A DNA stretch of 62,922 nucleotides, filler included, from Perkinsus chesapeaki ATCC PRA-425 (Eukaryota; Protista; Perkinsozoa): assembly GCA_013115145.1 (NCBI GenBank). It is 10 parts of 10 records of this genome, joined end to end, with 100 filler letters (N's around TTAATTAATTAA, not from the genome) between each part and the next. Parts side by side here need not be neighbours in the genome. Positions count along the whole stretch, not along the records: positions 28,807 to 51,945 come from JAAPAO010000566.1; 9 more parts are not named here. One strand, 5' to 3'. Both the position numbers and the translations under genes were made by a program. Numbering within the stretch: position 1 is the first letter of the stretch; each line of letters opens with the position of its first letter. Shown here one piece after another: positions 34,860 to 48,300 of the stretch. The notes beneath the pieces were generated by a model. It was not told where the DNA came from, searched no databases, and saw nothing but the letters and a program-made list of their open reading frames with translations.

Positions 34860-37800
34860 TTTGGTAAGACTGTCATGCAGCTGTGCTCGGCCTTCCCCTC
34901 CTGGGCTTCCGCCGGCCAACTCGCTTCGTCGCCCACAAGCTCTCAGTGCTGAGTCCAATACCTACAGCACTCCTCGAAAGAGTCGTACTCATATCGCCGT
35001 CTACTCGCGGGCCACAGTTTCATGCTTTGTATGGTGTGAATGACCTCCTCCTTCCGCATACCGTTCCTCCACGGGAGCTTCGCCAGTTCCTCCGGCGACA
35101 AGTCCTCAGCAGGAGGACCGCCAGTCGAGTGCTTCTGTAGCCGACCTTAACAAGCACAATCCCAAAGCTGCACGCGAAGCATCTTACCCGCGCTCGAGGT
35201 CGGCCTCGTCCCGGGAGGGCTAACTTTGGCCTTTATCGGAGGGAGGGGCTTAGGTACCATCACTTCGGGGTCGATGTCGGTATCCACTCCACCGAGTGTA
35301 ATCAGACATCTGACGAACGCATGACAGTGCCGTGAGTGGCAAGAATATCTTAATTTCTAAAATCAAAGCTGAGCTCTTCAAAAAGTCCGATGGATTCGTC
35401 AGAGTAGATTAAGATAGATGAGCAAAAATGAAGATGCCAACTAACATAACATTATCTTCAAAATACACAGTGGTTTCTTGCCTAGCACTATAAAGACCAC
35501 GGGGACCCCGAATGCGTAGTATCTTCCGGAAAAGCAGCCCTACTCGAAAGCTCCCAACTGCCCATTCATGAATGCCAACTTTGTCGGTGTAGGAACGGTC
35601 TCGGCGATCGGGGCCAGTTTTGCTTTGGCCGCTGGCGTAATGCATACCCTGTCCCCTGGCACACCATTAACGTCCATCTGCATCAAGAGCCAGTGCGAGT
35701 ATCTAACTCTCATCATGCTTACTCCTGCCTCCACAAGCGCCTTGATGCATTCTGTGTGTCCGTTGGCTGCGGCCAAATGTAACGGTGTAAACCCTGCCAT
35801 ACCACAGATCTATTCCGCTGCACTTTAATTACGTATATTGCCTTGGGAGTTCAAGGGGTCTCTTGTAGCCCCTTTGGACAGCAACAGTTGGCAGACACTA
35901 AGATGTCCTCGGCATGCTCCGATCGTCAACGCTGTGTTCCTGCCCATCACCACCGGTGCAAAGCCTCGTCAGGCCGCCAACGTACCCATGGGAGTCCTTG
36001 GCGTTTATATCTGCAGAGCTTTCAACAAGCAGCTCGACACTCTCTCTACTGCCATGCCACGTAGCGTAATGTATCGGACGGAGACCCTGAAGGAAGCAAG
36101 ATTGGTCCGGTGGTGGCCACGTGATGAAAGGTGCACACAAGGCGCCGATTGATGTTGTGTGACATTGTGCCGAGTGTCTTCTCTTGTGTGCTGCCTGTCC
36201 CCTTTTGTGTGCTGACTGTCTCCTTCTCAAGCCTACTATACTCTATCAGACCCACGTAAAACGAATCAGCAGACCACCGGATCCCTGTTCCCGGTCACCT
36301 GCGCGTTCGGACGATCGACAGTGGCGTTCCTGATGGCTTCGAGGTCCACAGTTCGACACGGCGTCACGGCGTCTCCAGTCAGCTTGTTGGACTGAGGCTC
36401 GCCTTTCTGAAGGGGCGCCCTAACCCTCCTCAACACCATCTTCCCACCTAACACTCACCGTGGAGCTCTTTCCCATGTAACTGAGCAACACCTCCGCCAT
36501 CAGCCATTGCCGTTTTTGTGTCGCCAAGTTTAGTGCCGTGTCTCCCTCGTTGGTCGCTATGGTAACGTCAGCTCTATACTGCAGCAAGAGCTCAATAAGA
36601 GGCACACTTCCTGAGATACCATAACCAGTCCGCCCCCTCCCGTTCACGTCTCACCAGTATCAATCGCCAAGTGGAGGGGGGTGGCACCATCGCTGTTAAC
36701 CACGTCAAGAATACTCTCCGGCTGTCCACCACCACCGGCTTCTTGAGGCTGCCCTCGTCCGTTGCTCCCTAATACCAACCCTATCCCGGCCTATCACAGA
36801 GGCCATCCTACCTCCCGCCCGCGGACGCTGGAGCATCCCCTCGAGCACAGCCGCCTAGGATATTTCGATATCCGCTTTTTCAGCGAGTATCGCCCTACCT
36901 GCCCCGCTGCCGCCGCCAGGTGTGCAGGCGTATTGTTCCTGGCCTTTTGTTGTTGCTGCTGCTGTGTGGGCTGCTGCTTCTGTTGCAGGGCCCTCTTTGC
37001 TCCTGAAGGATAGGCCTCCTGCCCAGCCATTGGCAGCGCTCGAGGGTTGCGCCATCTGACGTCAGAGTACCTGGAAGCGAGGTTCGGTGGATGTGTCCCT
37101 CGAGGTCGAAATAACATTCCTAGCGTAGAGATCATTCAATACTTAACAGAAAGGGTATAACCAATGAAAGGAGAAGTAGCTTCGAATACATTAGATCAAG
37201 AAGAAGTAGCTTTGTAGGTTCCTCTACAGCTGCCGAAGAGAAGGTAGTGTCGAATGCCAGCCCCTCCTTCTTCCCTATTACACCGAATGAGTCTCCAAAA
37301 ACGCCCGTACCGATCCCAGCTTGCCCATAGTCTTCGTATGAGAGTGGCCATGGACCGGCGATGGCGCTGTCCGAGTTAGCATCAGCTGATCTACCCCCAC
37401 GTACTCAGGGTGCTGCTTAATCCAGGACCTAAACCCACGCTGGCATTCCATGGCTGCTGCCGCCGTTTATGACGTCCGCGTTGACTGTATCGATCTCCCC
37501 GCCCTATACGCTTCCTTTTCAGCTTGTATTCGAGCCTCCAGCTCATTCTTCTCGGCCTTCTTCAGCCTACTTGACACCTAACTTGGCCGCTTCCGCCACC
37601 GGTGGCACTGCTAGGACCGACATTCCTGGCCACGGGGCCATGCCAGACCTTGAGCCTGAACCTCTCCTCCTCCGAGCTGCCATGGTCCTTGTCAATGCGA
37701 TACAGGTACTGCTGGTTCTTGAGCACCTGTGACCAGCGCTGCAGCTGCCCGCAGGAGGCGGGGGACCCTACTTCCTGTCGAAAGCGCAGAGACGATTCTT

Positions 37801-38170
37801 CGAACGCCCGTCGGCTTTCTCGCCAACGGTCATCGTGGAGTTTGCCATTGCGGCCAGCGGCTGACATGAATTCGCTTCTATCTATGAAGATTTTTTCAAG
37901 GCAACTACGCACCTGCCTTGGAGCCTGCCAGACTTCTTAGCTTCTCCACACTGACGTCAAATGCAGCTTTCTTGCTCTCGTTAACCCTCGCGCCTGCTCG
38001 GAGACATATAACAAACGCCTGCCCCACCTCCTCTCCAAGCACCTTTAGTGGTGACGTCATAGACCACCTGTGGGCCTCTATAGCGGCTTTCTGCCTTGCG
38101 AGAGCGTGCCAGGCCCTGCTGTGTCCTCAAGGAGAGATTCAGCGAACGAGTGAAGTTCTCGGTTAACTGA
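34860..38170 (-). CDS. Ankyrin-repeat protein, multi-exon (boundaries approximate)
   Basis: NNTPAHLAAAAG, GDTALNLATQKRQWLMAEVLL, RPIHYATWHGSRESVELLVESSADINAKD and GFTPLHLAAANGHTECIKALVEAG. Confidence 0.75.
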
Positions 38171-38249
38171 CAAATTGCCGTATTTCCCTCGGTGCCAACT
38201 CACAATCTGACTCTGTAAAGTTTAAAGTCTAAAATATACTGCCAATCTT

Positions 38250-39160
38250 CAACAACCGTGACGTAAACCCGAACGGATACATTTACAGTGGAGGCTGCAG
38301 GGGCTCTACGTCTCCAAAGATGAGTGTCTCGACGCGGCACAGCGTTCACTACTAGCCAACTGGCATAGGGGCTGTGAACCCTATGTCAGACAACCTAAAT
38401 TTCTCGAACCTCAGCATCGTATACCATAACGAGCACCTCCCTTCTAGGGAAACAAGTTGATACCAGATTTGTACCCATATGGTCGAAAATGACCTTCACC
38501 GGGATAGAACTAGCAACCTCCCGAGTGACAGTCAACAACAATATCCTCTTGACCAATATACCACCTTAAATCCTTACCGTGCTCCCTCTAATGGCAAAAA
38601 TGTCCTGAGTACTTGAAGATTCTTTAGACTTGCCGAAGGGCATGTTAGGACGAAGTTACTAAGGATCCACTCGATGAATCAATCCCAGCCATTTTAGGCC
38701 AAGTACACTCAAAAACTCACAGTGCCTATTTCAGTTCCAATCAGCCGAATTCATCCGCTTAGCTTACAGAATCTCTTCCGCACTCCATATCTGCTAGAGT
38801 CGTCGGAATCCCCCATACACCTCGTCGACGAGGCGGCGGCGGCTACCCACTCCCTTAGTCGAAACACAAAACCCTCTGCCAGGAAATGGCCTCAATATGC
38901 CGCCATAGCGGAACAACATTTAATAGTAGCAGAGAAAACAACAACGAGATAATAGAGTTTGAGAAGGCCCGTCAACAATCTGCAAAGACTGCTGCTGAGT
39001 CACCTCTAATGAGAAGGCATGGACAACAGTATGAAACACAGTGACGGCACCATAAGGACGACGCAGTGTAGAGAAACATTGCCTCTGGTTCTCCAAGTAG
39101 TCTGGAGGGTCACCAACGACCTGACAACGTCCGAAGGGTAAGATACTAACCTTCCACAAA
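38250..39160 (-). CDS. Further minus-strand exons (5' part of the ankyrin gene or a separate gene)
   Basis: Exon-like frames VGDPPDYLENQRQCFSTLRRPYGAVTVFHTVVHAFSLE and GHFLAEGFVFRLREWVAAAASSTR, each ending at a GT donor. Confidence 0.3.
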
Positions 39161-39245
39161 TCTTCTTATACACAACTTATTAGAAACAATATATTCAACA
39201 ACTTATAGTTAGAAGCTCTGGTCGACGACGATAAGACAGCCTAGT

Positions 39246-40688
39246 CTATCGAGACGACTCTCCTCTGGCGGCGACGTCATCACTTTTGTTACTGGAGATA
39301 ACCTCATCACTGACATCTTTCACCAATTCGGTGGAAGCGTGCTCAGCGGAGGCGGCAGAGTTTCCAATGCCTCGGCATGCGATAAACGTAGTGGGCATGC
39401 CAGCAAGGAAAAGTCCCCAGCAAATCCAGAACTGAGTGGTATAGGCGACGCGAAGATCAGGGAGATCCATGGTCCATGAGATTGCGGCGCCAATTGACTG
39501 GATACCCTTATAAAGGCCGGTGTATCTAGCAGCTAGAGAGGCGTTCTCACCGGCAATGGCGCCCATAACCCAGTAGGAGAATGTCTGAACGATAGAGTCG
39601 CCGAAGCCATAGAGCAAATAAACAATGCAAGGATACCAGTACTTGCTATCGGTGAAGTCAAGCTTCTCGTCATCCCCAACAACATTAGTGTACCTATCGT
39701 AACCACCCATATAGCCGTACTGGAGATAGCAACCGAGACCGTAGATAACGTTGAAGCATATAAAGACGAACCAGAAGCCCTGCATGCCACGAGTCTTCAG
39801 GTTGAACTTGGTGTTATCAAGGATAATTCCAGTGCACCATGCACCGAACATTTGGGCCAACCAGTACAACGCAGAATTCAAACCACGGGTACGTATTGTG
39901 AAAAGGACACCATTTACACAGTTGAAAACGTATGTGTAGAAGTAGTTGGAGCCAAAGAACAGAATCAACAACAGAATCATGTTCTTGTCGAGGATCACTG
40001 AAGCGGCGTCGACGAATTCTTGCTTGACGCCCTTAGCCGGGGTCATAACAGCGTGAGAGCCATCCTCAAGGACAACCTTAGAAGGCTCACGCAATAGGAA
40101 CAAGGCCATAACAGCACCGACGGCCATAATGGCTATAAATACAAAGTAGGAAGCTGCGTTAGCAGTACCAGACTCGGTGTCAAAGTTCAAAGCAAATTGT
40201 AGGATACCACCGATAAAACCACCAAGGTTGAATATAACCCAGAATGTGGTAATATAATGGCCCTTCCTGTTCTCTGGAGCATATGCCATCATTAATGCAC
40301 CTTGGGCAGTCCATAACCAACCTGCACCGAAACCTAACAAGGCACCAGCGAGAACAAAGAGCCAGCCGGTACCAACAACATGGCCAGCAATATAGGCAGC
40401 TGCCGCGTAAAATGCGTACAGTATACCACCAGCAGCCATAAGGATACGGGGGCCCAAGAGGTTGAAGAAGAAACCACCGAAGTAACCGAATATAGCAAAA
40501 CATACGTATAGTGCGATATTAGCTGGATCATTGGCAGATGGGTTAGCATTACCAGCACCACCCAGACCTTGCATAGCATTAAAGAAGCCGGGGCAGCAGA
40601 AGGCAATCACTCCTGTGATGACCACCTGAGGGTATCCCCTATTGAGCCATGATACGCTCTTCGGATCAGTGTAAGTAGATTTTGCCAT
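39246..40688 (-). CDS. UNC-93-like MFS membrane transporter, intronless
   Basis: QVVITGVIAFCCPGFFNAMQGLGGAG, GAGWLWTAQGALMMAYAPE.RKGHY, SNYFYTY...FTIRTRGLN and ARYTGLYKGIQSIGAAI. Likely start MAKSTY. Confidence 0.92.
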   Translation of the reverse strand: MAKSTYTDPKSVSWLNRGYPQVVITGVIAFCCPGFFNAMQGLGGAGNANPSANDPANIALYVCFAIFGYFGGFFFNLLGPRILMAAGGILYAFYAAAAYIAGHVVGTGWLFVLAGALLGFGAGWLWTAQGALMMAYAPENRKGHYITTFWVIFNLGGFIGGILQFALNFDTESGTANAASYFVFIAIMAVGAVMALFLLREPSKVVLEDGSHAVMTPAKGVKQEFVDAASVILDKNMILLLILFFGSNYFYTYVFNCVNGVLFTIRTRGLNSALYWLAQMFGAWCTGIILDNTKFNLKTRGMQGFWFVFICFNVIYGLGCYLQYGYMGGYDRYTNVVGDDEKLDFTDSKYWYPCIVYLLYGFGDSIVQTFSYWVMGAIAGENASLAARYTGLYKGIQSIGAAISWTMDLPDLRVAYTTQFWICWGLFLAGMPTTFIACRGIGNSAASAEHASTELVKDVSDEVISSNKSDDVAARGESSR

Positions 40689-41329
40689 TAGATTAGAGAG
40701 GAACAGACAGGTATCCTGCACGTTATAAAAATGTGATACGCGACGTGTCACTGAGTATCTCAATACTAGCCTGGCTAGCCTAATTACCACGCAAGCTCAG
40801 CTGTCGTGCGTATCTTAAGAGATCTTGCAATCTTGATCACTTCCTCAACGATCTTGACGCGTGCGCACGTAAGCATCTGACCTCGAGAATGCATAGTCGA
40901 GATGCTTGGACGGCTACTTGCTACGCATTACACCAAGATGAGTTTATAAAGAAGTTTGAAGGCTCCCTATGTGGGCACAGACGGACTGCTGCATGCCGTA
41001 AACCGATAAAGTAAACCCGGAAGCTTCGCCATGGGGAGACACCATAACACAATCCCTAACTTTAAAATCTTACTAAGATTATCGAAGTCGATTCCGCAGT
41101 TGATGCACAAACGGTTCTGAAGTCGCTTACTTGAATGGTTTGCCTGAATGCACGCTTCAAGCTAAGATCTTTCCACTGTCGCGCATATGTCTGAGACATG
41201 CGACATCGAAGACATCGTTTCTTCGTGACGCAACTGGATAAAGATAATTCTACTTCTTCAGCACTCTGTATACTTCACCTCCCACCATTAGCATATAGAA
41301 CTGTGGTTCACATTATGGTATGCTACTAA

Positions 41330-41618
41330 AAAGATTCTTCCACGCAAAATTTCCGCCATGAATGTCCCGAGTATCTTAGCTCTCCTGCGTAGTTACTACC
41401 CCATCGGCACGCCCAACGCTGTCTACAATAACAGTGAAGATGTATGCCAGGCCACGGGCATGAACGCGGAGACAATACAGGTAAAGAATCCCCGTCCTCT
41501 TTGAGAAAATATCTACCCACAGCGAACGCGGGATCAGCTGATGTCCTCGGCGAAGTTCGATGAGGCTAAGAAGCTCCAACAGCAATACGTGGGCGAACCT
41601 CCCTCCAAAGTAGGCCAC
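41330..41618 (-). CDS. Small hypothetical protein
   Basis: ATG-initiated 80-aa frame, possibly with introns. No family recognised. Confidence 0.25.
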
Positions 41619-41650
41619 ATTGGCACTGGTGTAAAATGGCAGGGTTTAAC

Positions 41651-42358
41651 CTAGGCCATCCTCCACAAGAAGCTGCTCAGCAGCTTGGACCTGGCCAGAG
41701 CGGCATTGCGCAAAACGTCCGAGTTCACATGTCGAGGGATGAACGTCGAGGCGAACGACGCAGGAGAGCGCATAAGGTCTCGTCCGTCCGAATATCCATA
41801 GCTTACAACGCGGCGCTCAGGAAATATTACGACAGTCTCCAGGCTCGAAAGAGCGCCTGCAATCTGTTCCTGCGGGGACAGACGCAGCCTCCAGCGCGAA
41901 TGTCGCCACAGGAGCTTCATCCAGCTCTCCGCAATCGGTAAGTTGTGGCGCGATTGCCGACATGAGATTGCTTCAGTAAATACAACACGGTCGAGGTGCG
42001 CCGAGGTGACGACGATACGTGCTCGAGCCTGGTGTTTAAAACGGTTCACATGGGAGACATCAGCAGAGGTGGGAAAGATCCTTTACCAGGTAGGTTATAG
42101 GCATCTGGCCCGGTCACAAAGGTTGTGTCAGAGGTGTCCACATCGGCGAAGTTACCGCCCCTGCGTGCCAGCGAATATCGATCCAAGTACCAGAACCCTG
42201 ACAGAATGGCGGCAGCTATACGCCGCGTCAGAGAGCACGTAAGCGACTAGCCGTACCACCGCGCCGAATTGGTCTTCAGATGATAGCCCAGACGCTGGAG
42301 GAAGAGGGATGAGCGAGGGGCAGCCGAGCAGAGATGAAGCCCTATAGAGGATCTGCAT
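41651..42358 (-). CDS. Hypothetical protein, two exons
   Basis: MQILYRASSLL...AGTQG appears spliced to DVDTSDTTFVTG...VNRFKHQARARIV...SFLWRMA*. Confidence 0.45.
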
Positions 42359-42532
42359 GCTCTCGCGTCACTTCCTAGAACCTTACTAGCTTACCGATGT
42401 TATGCAACTGAGTGTTGTGTTATCAGTCGTGACTGTCACAGAATCTTGCTCTTCTTGCGGATCCTGCGCTTTTCTCAACGCATCTTTATCGCACCACTAC
42501 TTTTGTCAAACACCTATTTTGAGACATTGACT

Positions 42533-44553
42533 ATGTTATCAGTCCATCGTATAGCAACCAAGACCAGCCTCACCGTGGCCTCTGGGCTACTGCGGCACAC
42601 CAGGGTCATTCCTTCGCTTGTGGCGGGCCGCCGGTCCCCACAGGCGACCTGGTTCTCCACAGCCGTTGGTGCTTCCTTGGCCGCTGGCAGGCACAAGGTT
42701 AGGATGCCAGTGAGGTTGGGGGACAATGAGACAGGTACGTCTGAGTCGAACTGGTAGCTTGTATGGCTTCTCCTAGGGGGACTGTCGGAGGCTCATCGAC
42801 TGGCCTTAAAGCCATCCAGCGAGCTCTCAGTAGAATGGCACAAGTTTTGGTGGGACGCCACTGTGAAGGAGGTACCAAGTTCAATTGTAGGCGATTGATT
42901 CCCGTTCAGATCGATGCCGAGGCCGGTAAGGTTCTGGTGGGCTTCGACGCCTGGGATTCTCGCTGGGATGAGTGGGTGCCCGTCGACAGCCCCAGGCTTA
43001 GGGAGAGGCTTGTGGCCGATGACGCGATGCACACCAGCGGCACCATAGGGGCGCCTCCTGCGCAGGTAAGGTGCTTCGGCGACTGTTGTGGCGCAGCTCC
43101 TATCCAGAAGCCCTCGGCGATCGAGAGAAGGCCTATCGTGAAGGTCGGACTTGAGGCTGGGTCGGGTGGCTCACCGTCTGACTGGGAGGAGCTGCTTAGT
43201 GATGACGGCACACCTTACTATCATAACACGGCCACTGGGCTTACTCAGTGGGAGAGGCCGCCAGCCTTGGCCGATGAGGCTTCGGTGAGGCTGCCTCGTG
43301 GGTGGAAGGAGTTTAATGCTGAGGACGGCAAGAGCTACTACTATAATGAGATGACCGGTGTCACGCAGTGGGAGAGACCTGGTGAAGATGATGCGACCGA
43401 GAAGTTGAAGGCCGACGCGGTGGACAAGCCCAGGGAGTTGGCACCGGCGGGGAAGGCTGTCCCTGAGGAATGGCAGGAGTTCAAGGCTGATGACGGCACA
43501 CCTTACTACTATAATGAGAGTACTGGGGTTACTCAGTGGGAGAGGCCAACGAATGAGGTGACAAGTCAGGAGCAAGTGAGGAGCGAGGATGTGGTGAAGC
43601 AGCTGCTGCCTGAAGGCTGGGCCGAGCTCAAGGCTGATGACGGGACGCCGTATTACTATTGCGAGGCTACAGGGGTTACTCAGTGGGAGAGGCCCCAAGG
43701 CAAGACCGCGCCTACTGCTGCTGCTGGCTCCGTGGTGTCGGAGGAGCTACCTGAAGGTTGGCAAGAGTTGAAGAGTGATGATGGCACACCTTACTTCTAT
43801 AATGAGGGTAGTGGCCAGACACAGTGGGAGAGACCTGTGGCGGCGGTGGTGGCCGGGGGACTACCTGACGGGTGGCAGGAGTTCAAGGCTGATGACGGCA
43901 CACCTTACTACTTCAATGAAAGTAGCGGTGTTACTCAGTGGGACATGCCAGCCACAGGAGAGGCTACAGCGGAGACGGTTAGAGCTGCGGCTGTGGTGGA
44001 GAAGTTGCCCGAGGGCTGGGAGGAGTTCAAGGCTGATGACGGCACGCTTTATTACTATAATTCACTCAGTGGCCAGACACAGTGGGAGTATCCTGCGCAC
44101 TCGGAAGAATCCACAACATCAGCGGCGGCGGCGCCCTCTACTGGCGAGGTTGGCGAGAAGTGGGTCCTGGATGGTTGGCAGGAGCTCATCTCGGATGACG
44201 GCACACCTTATTATCATCATCTGGCCACCGGGGCCACCCAGTGGGAGATGCCAGCTGAGAAGGCCATCGATGGGCTCCCGGAAGGTTGGGAAGAATTCAA
44301 GACTGATGATGGCGTGCCTTATTACTATAACTCGGCTACTGGCTCCACACAGTGGGAGAGACCTACACCTGCCCAAGAGGATGTCCCCAAGGCTACCGAG
44401 GAGACGGAGGAGGCTCCGACAGCCGCTGAGGTGGCCGCCGCTGCTCTAAAGGGTCTGCCGGAGGGCTGGGACTGTGTGCTGACTCCTGAAGGCCGAGAAC
44501 TATTTTTTGAGGCTGGTCAGCCTGGGAGGGCCGGTACTTGGTTAAGACCATGA
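42533..44553 (+). CDS. Protein with a Tudor/chromo-barrel-like domain followed by 9 canonical and 1 degenerate WW domains
   Basis: The spliced N-terminus gives SVEWHKFWWDATVKE/IDAEAGKVLVGFDAWDSRWDEWVPVDSPRL, followed by repeated LPEGW.E...DDG.PYYYN..TG.TQWERP. Confidence 0.85.
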
Positions 44554-45310
44554 GCATGAAGATATATTATTATTGTTTCTGACTTCGTTTATGATGCGGT
44601 TTCAGTGGCGCTCGTTTTGTTGGCTTCGTAGTGACATCGCGGGCTTGGGTATAAAAATATCTAGTGGTATTCGACTGCATACGGGAGTGTTATACCATTT
44701 CGTCTATAGACCTTTCAGTACTTCTCCACCACCGCCATTGCAGTCATTTTTGTTGGGTTGCCAGTAGCAACCAAATAAAAATGTAGCAACTTGCTACCGG
44801 AACATCATAGGTCTTAGTTACTACGTTACCTGACCACGTCTCTGAGCTCTATTCCCATACTTCTTGATTGATACTATACAGCCTTGAACTCGTTCCATGG
44901 ACCTATAATTACTGGACCGCTGATGTGATGGTCCAGTTTGCGAGTAGGATGTTGATGATGATAACCCTGTACTAATAACTTATTCTTCATGCATTTTCAT
45001 TCCCCGTCCTAGTCTTATATAATACTTTACCATCTTGGCTGGCTGCATAAGAGGGTGCCCGACTGTTGCTAGCTTTTACCTTGTATCTGTTTCGCCTCGG
45101 TACCATATAATAGGAATTCGTCTTGCTTCAATTAACCGGCTCTCATTTACACTTGTACTGTTGTGTGCAGTTGAATTTCCTGGTGCGGCGGTTGATGCAT
45201 ATCTCAGGTTAGGTAGGCAGTATTTCACGAATAGGGTATCTTTGTTATGCCACTGTCTGGGTCATTTACATCGTTCTCTCGTGGCTATTAGCTTGTTATT
45301 ATTATCATCA

Positions 45311-48300
45311 ATGATGGATCTATCAGCATCATCTAGTCGTAGTGTCTGCTCGCAGTCATCTCTTCCATCTAGCAGCCGGAAGACCAGTGTAGTTGACCTC
45401 TTCAGAGAGGCCATGGCCACAGAGACTACCACCACAGTACCACGGTTCACTCATACGGGTACGAGATCGAATGGTGAGAGCATCGCCAGATTCGTATTAT
45501 CCTAGACCTGTCTGTTCTTACCTACCTTCATGTGGTACAATATTATACCTTTCACTTTCAATCCAGCTGAAAGCTCCGATTTAGGAATCTGCCAGTGGAC
45601 CACTGGCAGTGGTGGTGGAGTATCTATTGGACTTACTCACTTATAGAGAGCTCACAGTTAGGAGTCCTTACTTCGGACCTAGGACCGAGAGGACGAACGC
45701 CTCTCATTACTGATAGCTTCTTTGTCCATAACCACGATGGACATCAGCCACCACATGTAGCACTTGAACTGTTCTCGTTGCACTCACGCTCCTACAGGCC
45801 CCGCTTTGGATACCCATACTATAGTGCTGCTGCTCGGCAGGTTTCTCTTTACTACTCCTTCTTCCTGTTCAGGTCCGAGGCCCGAGGTTAAGGTGGTCCC
45901 ACAGCACCTCATACCGTATATAACCAAATGTACAGTGGTGACGCTGATTCCAGGAAGATACATCTGGGCGTCGGTCAACAAGAGTGCCTATAAGGTATGA
46001 AGGAGGCTCGTTTGTCAACCTAAAAAGTATCTTACGGTTTCACCTAGGTGCTCGACAGTGGCCAAAAGTACATTCAATCTGATGATAGCGGTTGGGATTA
46101 TCTCTGTACCGATTCTGAGTATGATTATCAAATTCTGGGGAAGGAGTTCGGTCCCTATGACCTAGCTCTAACACACAAGTAAGCTTTGAAGAGTGAAACG
46201 CAGTACCAATCTTACTCTATCTTTTCGCCCAAATCAGATCTCTTAACCCGCTACAACCGATTTTTGGGATGTCTAAATTTGAATCTCTGGCCAACCCCAC
46301 CGATCATGAGTCACTCTCACGAGCCTTCGAACGCTGCCGCGCGTACCGCCAAAATATTAAAGCCTCCTCCTCGAGAAGTTATCCAACAAGACGCATTTTT
46401 CCGGGACACCGTACTTGCTCTAGGTCTCCCGACTTCGGAGGTTTGGGGACCTCGCGTATGAGGATGGTATATAATTGCCTGTGTCTCCGCTCATAAGGTT
46501 CTGCCTGCTTTCCAACTGGACAACCCTAGACTCCAGCCATAGCCAATGCTATATCGATTCTTGGCGGCACATCGAAAATCCTGATAATCGTTGCGGGACC
46601 GTCAGGTGCCGAAGTGTTGTGTCCTTCCTTAGGTATATAGTAGATGTGTCTAGCCTACTTAGTAAGGGTCATCGAGTTGTTCATTTCTGTGCGTCAAAGA
46701 ACAGCTATCGAGCCGCCTCAGCGTGTCTAGCAGCGCTATATATGACATACCGAGGAGATGTTACTGGTGGGCTCGATAAACGGGAGTAGACGGCGGCGGC
46801 GGTCGACTTACTCGATTCAACGTTGCATTCCATCGGGTATAAAACGGCCATACAAATAAACATTCCGCGCTTCACATCCCCTTAACTTGCCAACGACCGC
46901 CTGCACACATGTTTAAGAGCCTCCCACAGCTCGGGTTTGTACCACTTAAATCACATTTTCTATCACGAGTTCGGTTTCCAATCACTCAATAAAACTACCA
47001 GACAACACTCCGTCTGCTGCTATATGCTCCTATCAGGCACCCAAGCTGCCCGCTATTTCACCGGCGTCAGACTGGAGCCTTTTCGTGATGCTAACCTCGG
47101 GGTTTCTACCTTTGATTTGACCCTGGAAAACGTTTGCGAGGGGTTTGAATTCGCCGTCCGTGAGGGGTGGTTCAACGTCGACACCTTCGACCGGAAGTCC
47201 TGGGAGCACTACCAGCAGCTGGCCAATGGCGACATGAACTGGATAATCCCAGGCAAAATCCTGGCATTTGCTGGTGCGTTACCGCGCGCCACGAAATTAG
47301 GCGCATCGTGCTGGTTGTTGTGTAGGGCCGAGTGATACCCTTGTGGACGAGCAAGGACAGGAAGTCTGCCATCCCGAGCTCTACGTGAAGATATTCTCGA
47401 ATCCAGACTTTGCGGTGTCGACAGTTGTTAGACTTAATGAGAAGCGTTACTCCCCAGACTTTTTTACTAGCAACGGCATTAAACACTATGACCTCAACTT
47501 CGAGGTAGGGGAGCGGTGGATGGGAGGAGAGAGGAGGGATTCGGTTATACAATAGACGTGTTGTTCATCGGTAAAATTATAGAGGCACTTTTTCATAGCT
47601 TCCTTTATTTCTGTAATAACTTCATTTATTCTAAAGAGTGCACATAGTAATAAATGATCATATCGGCTTCCTTCCTTCTCCTCCGACACACTGCGTGTTG
47701 TCTCCGTGCTCAATCTGCCTCAGAGACAATCGACGTTTCTCCAAACAGTGCTGCGCCCAGCGTTGATCGACCGATGTTATTTAAAAAATAAATTTATTTT
47801 TAAAAATCATGTTTCCCGATTTATTAATAATCATAGTTCGTATGTTTGACACTGGTGCTCTATGTTAAGCTTGAATACCCGATGATTATCCTAAACTATG
47901 ACTTATCAGGATGGCTCTTGCCCCTCTACTGAGATGGTTAAGCGCTTCTTCGCTATAGTAGACTCATCTGAAGGAGCGGTGGCTGTTCACTGTAAAGCAG
48001 GTCTAGGTCGAACTGGCACTCTGATAGGTAGGCGACGGCCAGGCTCCATGCCGTGCCTCACCGGCACCGACTTCTCAGGCCTTTGGGCGATGCGAGAGTT
48101 TGGTCTCACCGCTCCCCAATTCATCGGTTGGTGCCGACTGTGCCGTCCAGGATCGATATTAGGCCCTCAGCAGGTACGCAGGATTGGAGGGGGTGATAGC
48201 TGCTTACAGTGGCTACTTGGGCCATTAACTCCAACGTGAGATTCGAAGTGGATTATGAGATGTTTTGTTATTCTTTATAAGCATATTGGATATCACAACA

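Noticed and set aside
40745-40790. Possible spliced-leader relic (TAGCCA..GGCT) upstream of the UNC-93-like gene
   Set aside because: Only short, gapped similarity to the dinoflagellate/perkinsid SL; expected by chance. No SL RNA gene was seen in the window.
41290-41618. Small ORF considered as a SelK/SelS-like selenoprotein
   Set aside because: No penultimate in-frame UGA in a GGU-type context, and no SECIS recognised.
43180-44360. Regularly spaced DNA repeats resembling a CRISPR array
   Set aside because: They are the coding repeats of WW domains in a eukaryotic gene; no cas genes are present.
42793-44449. Long alternative-frame and antisense ORFs over the WW gene (similar ones over the amine oxidase and gag/pol)
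   Set aside because: Shadow frames produced by GC-rich, repetitive codon usage.
45589-45609. 10-bp-arm palindrome CTGCCAGTGG-A-CCACTGGCAG
   Set aside because: It falls in a probable CDC14 exon (SASGPLAV) and is most simply coincidental.
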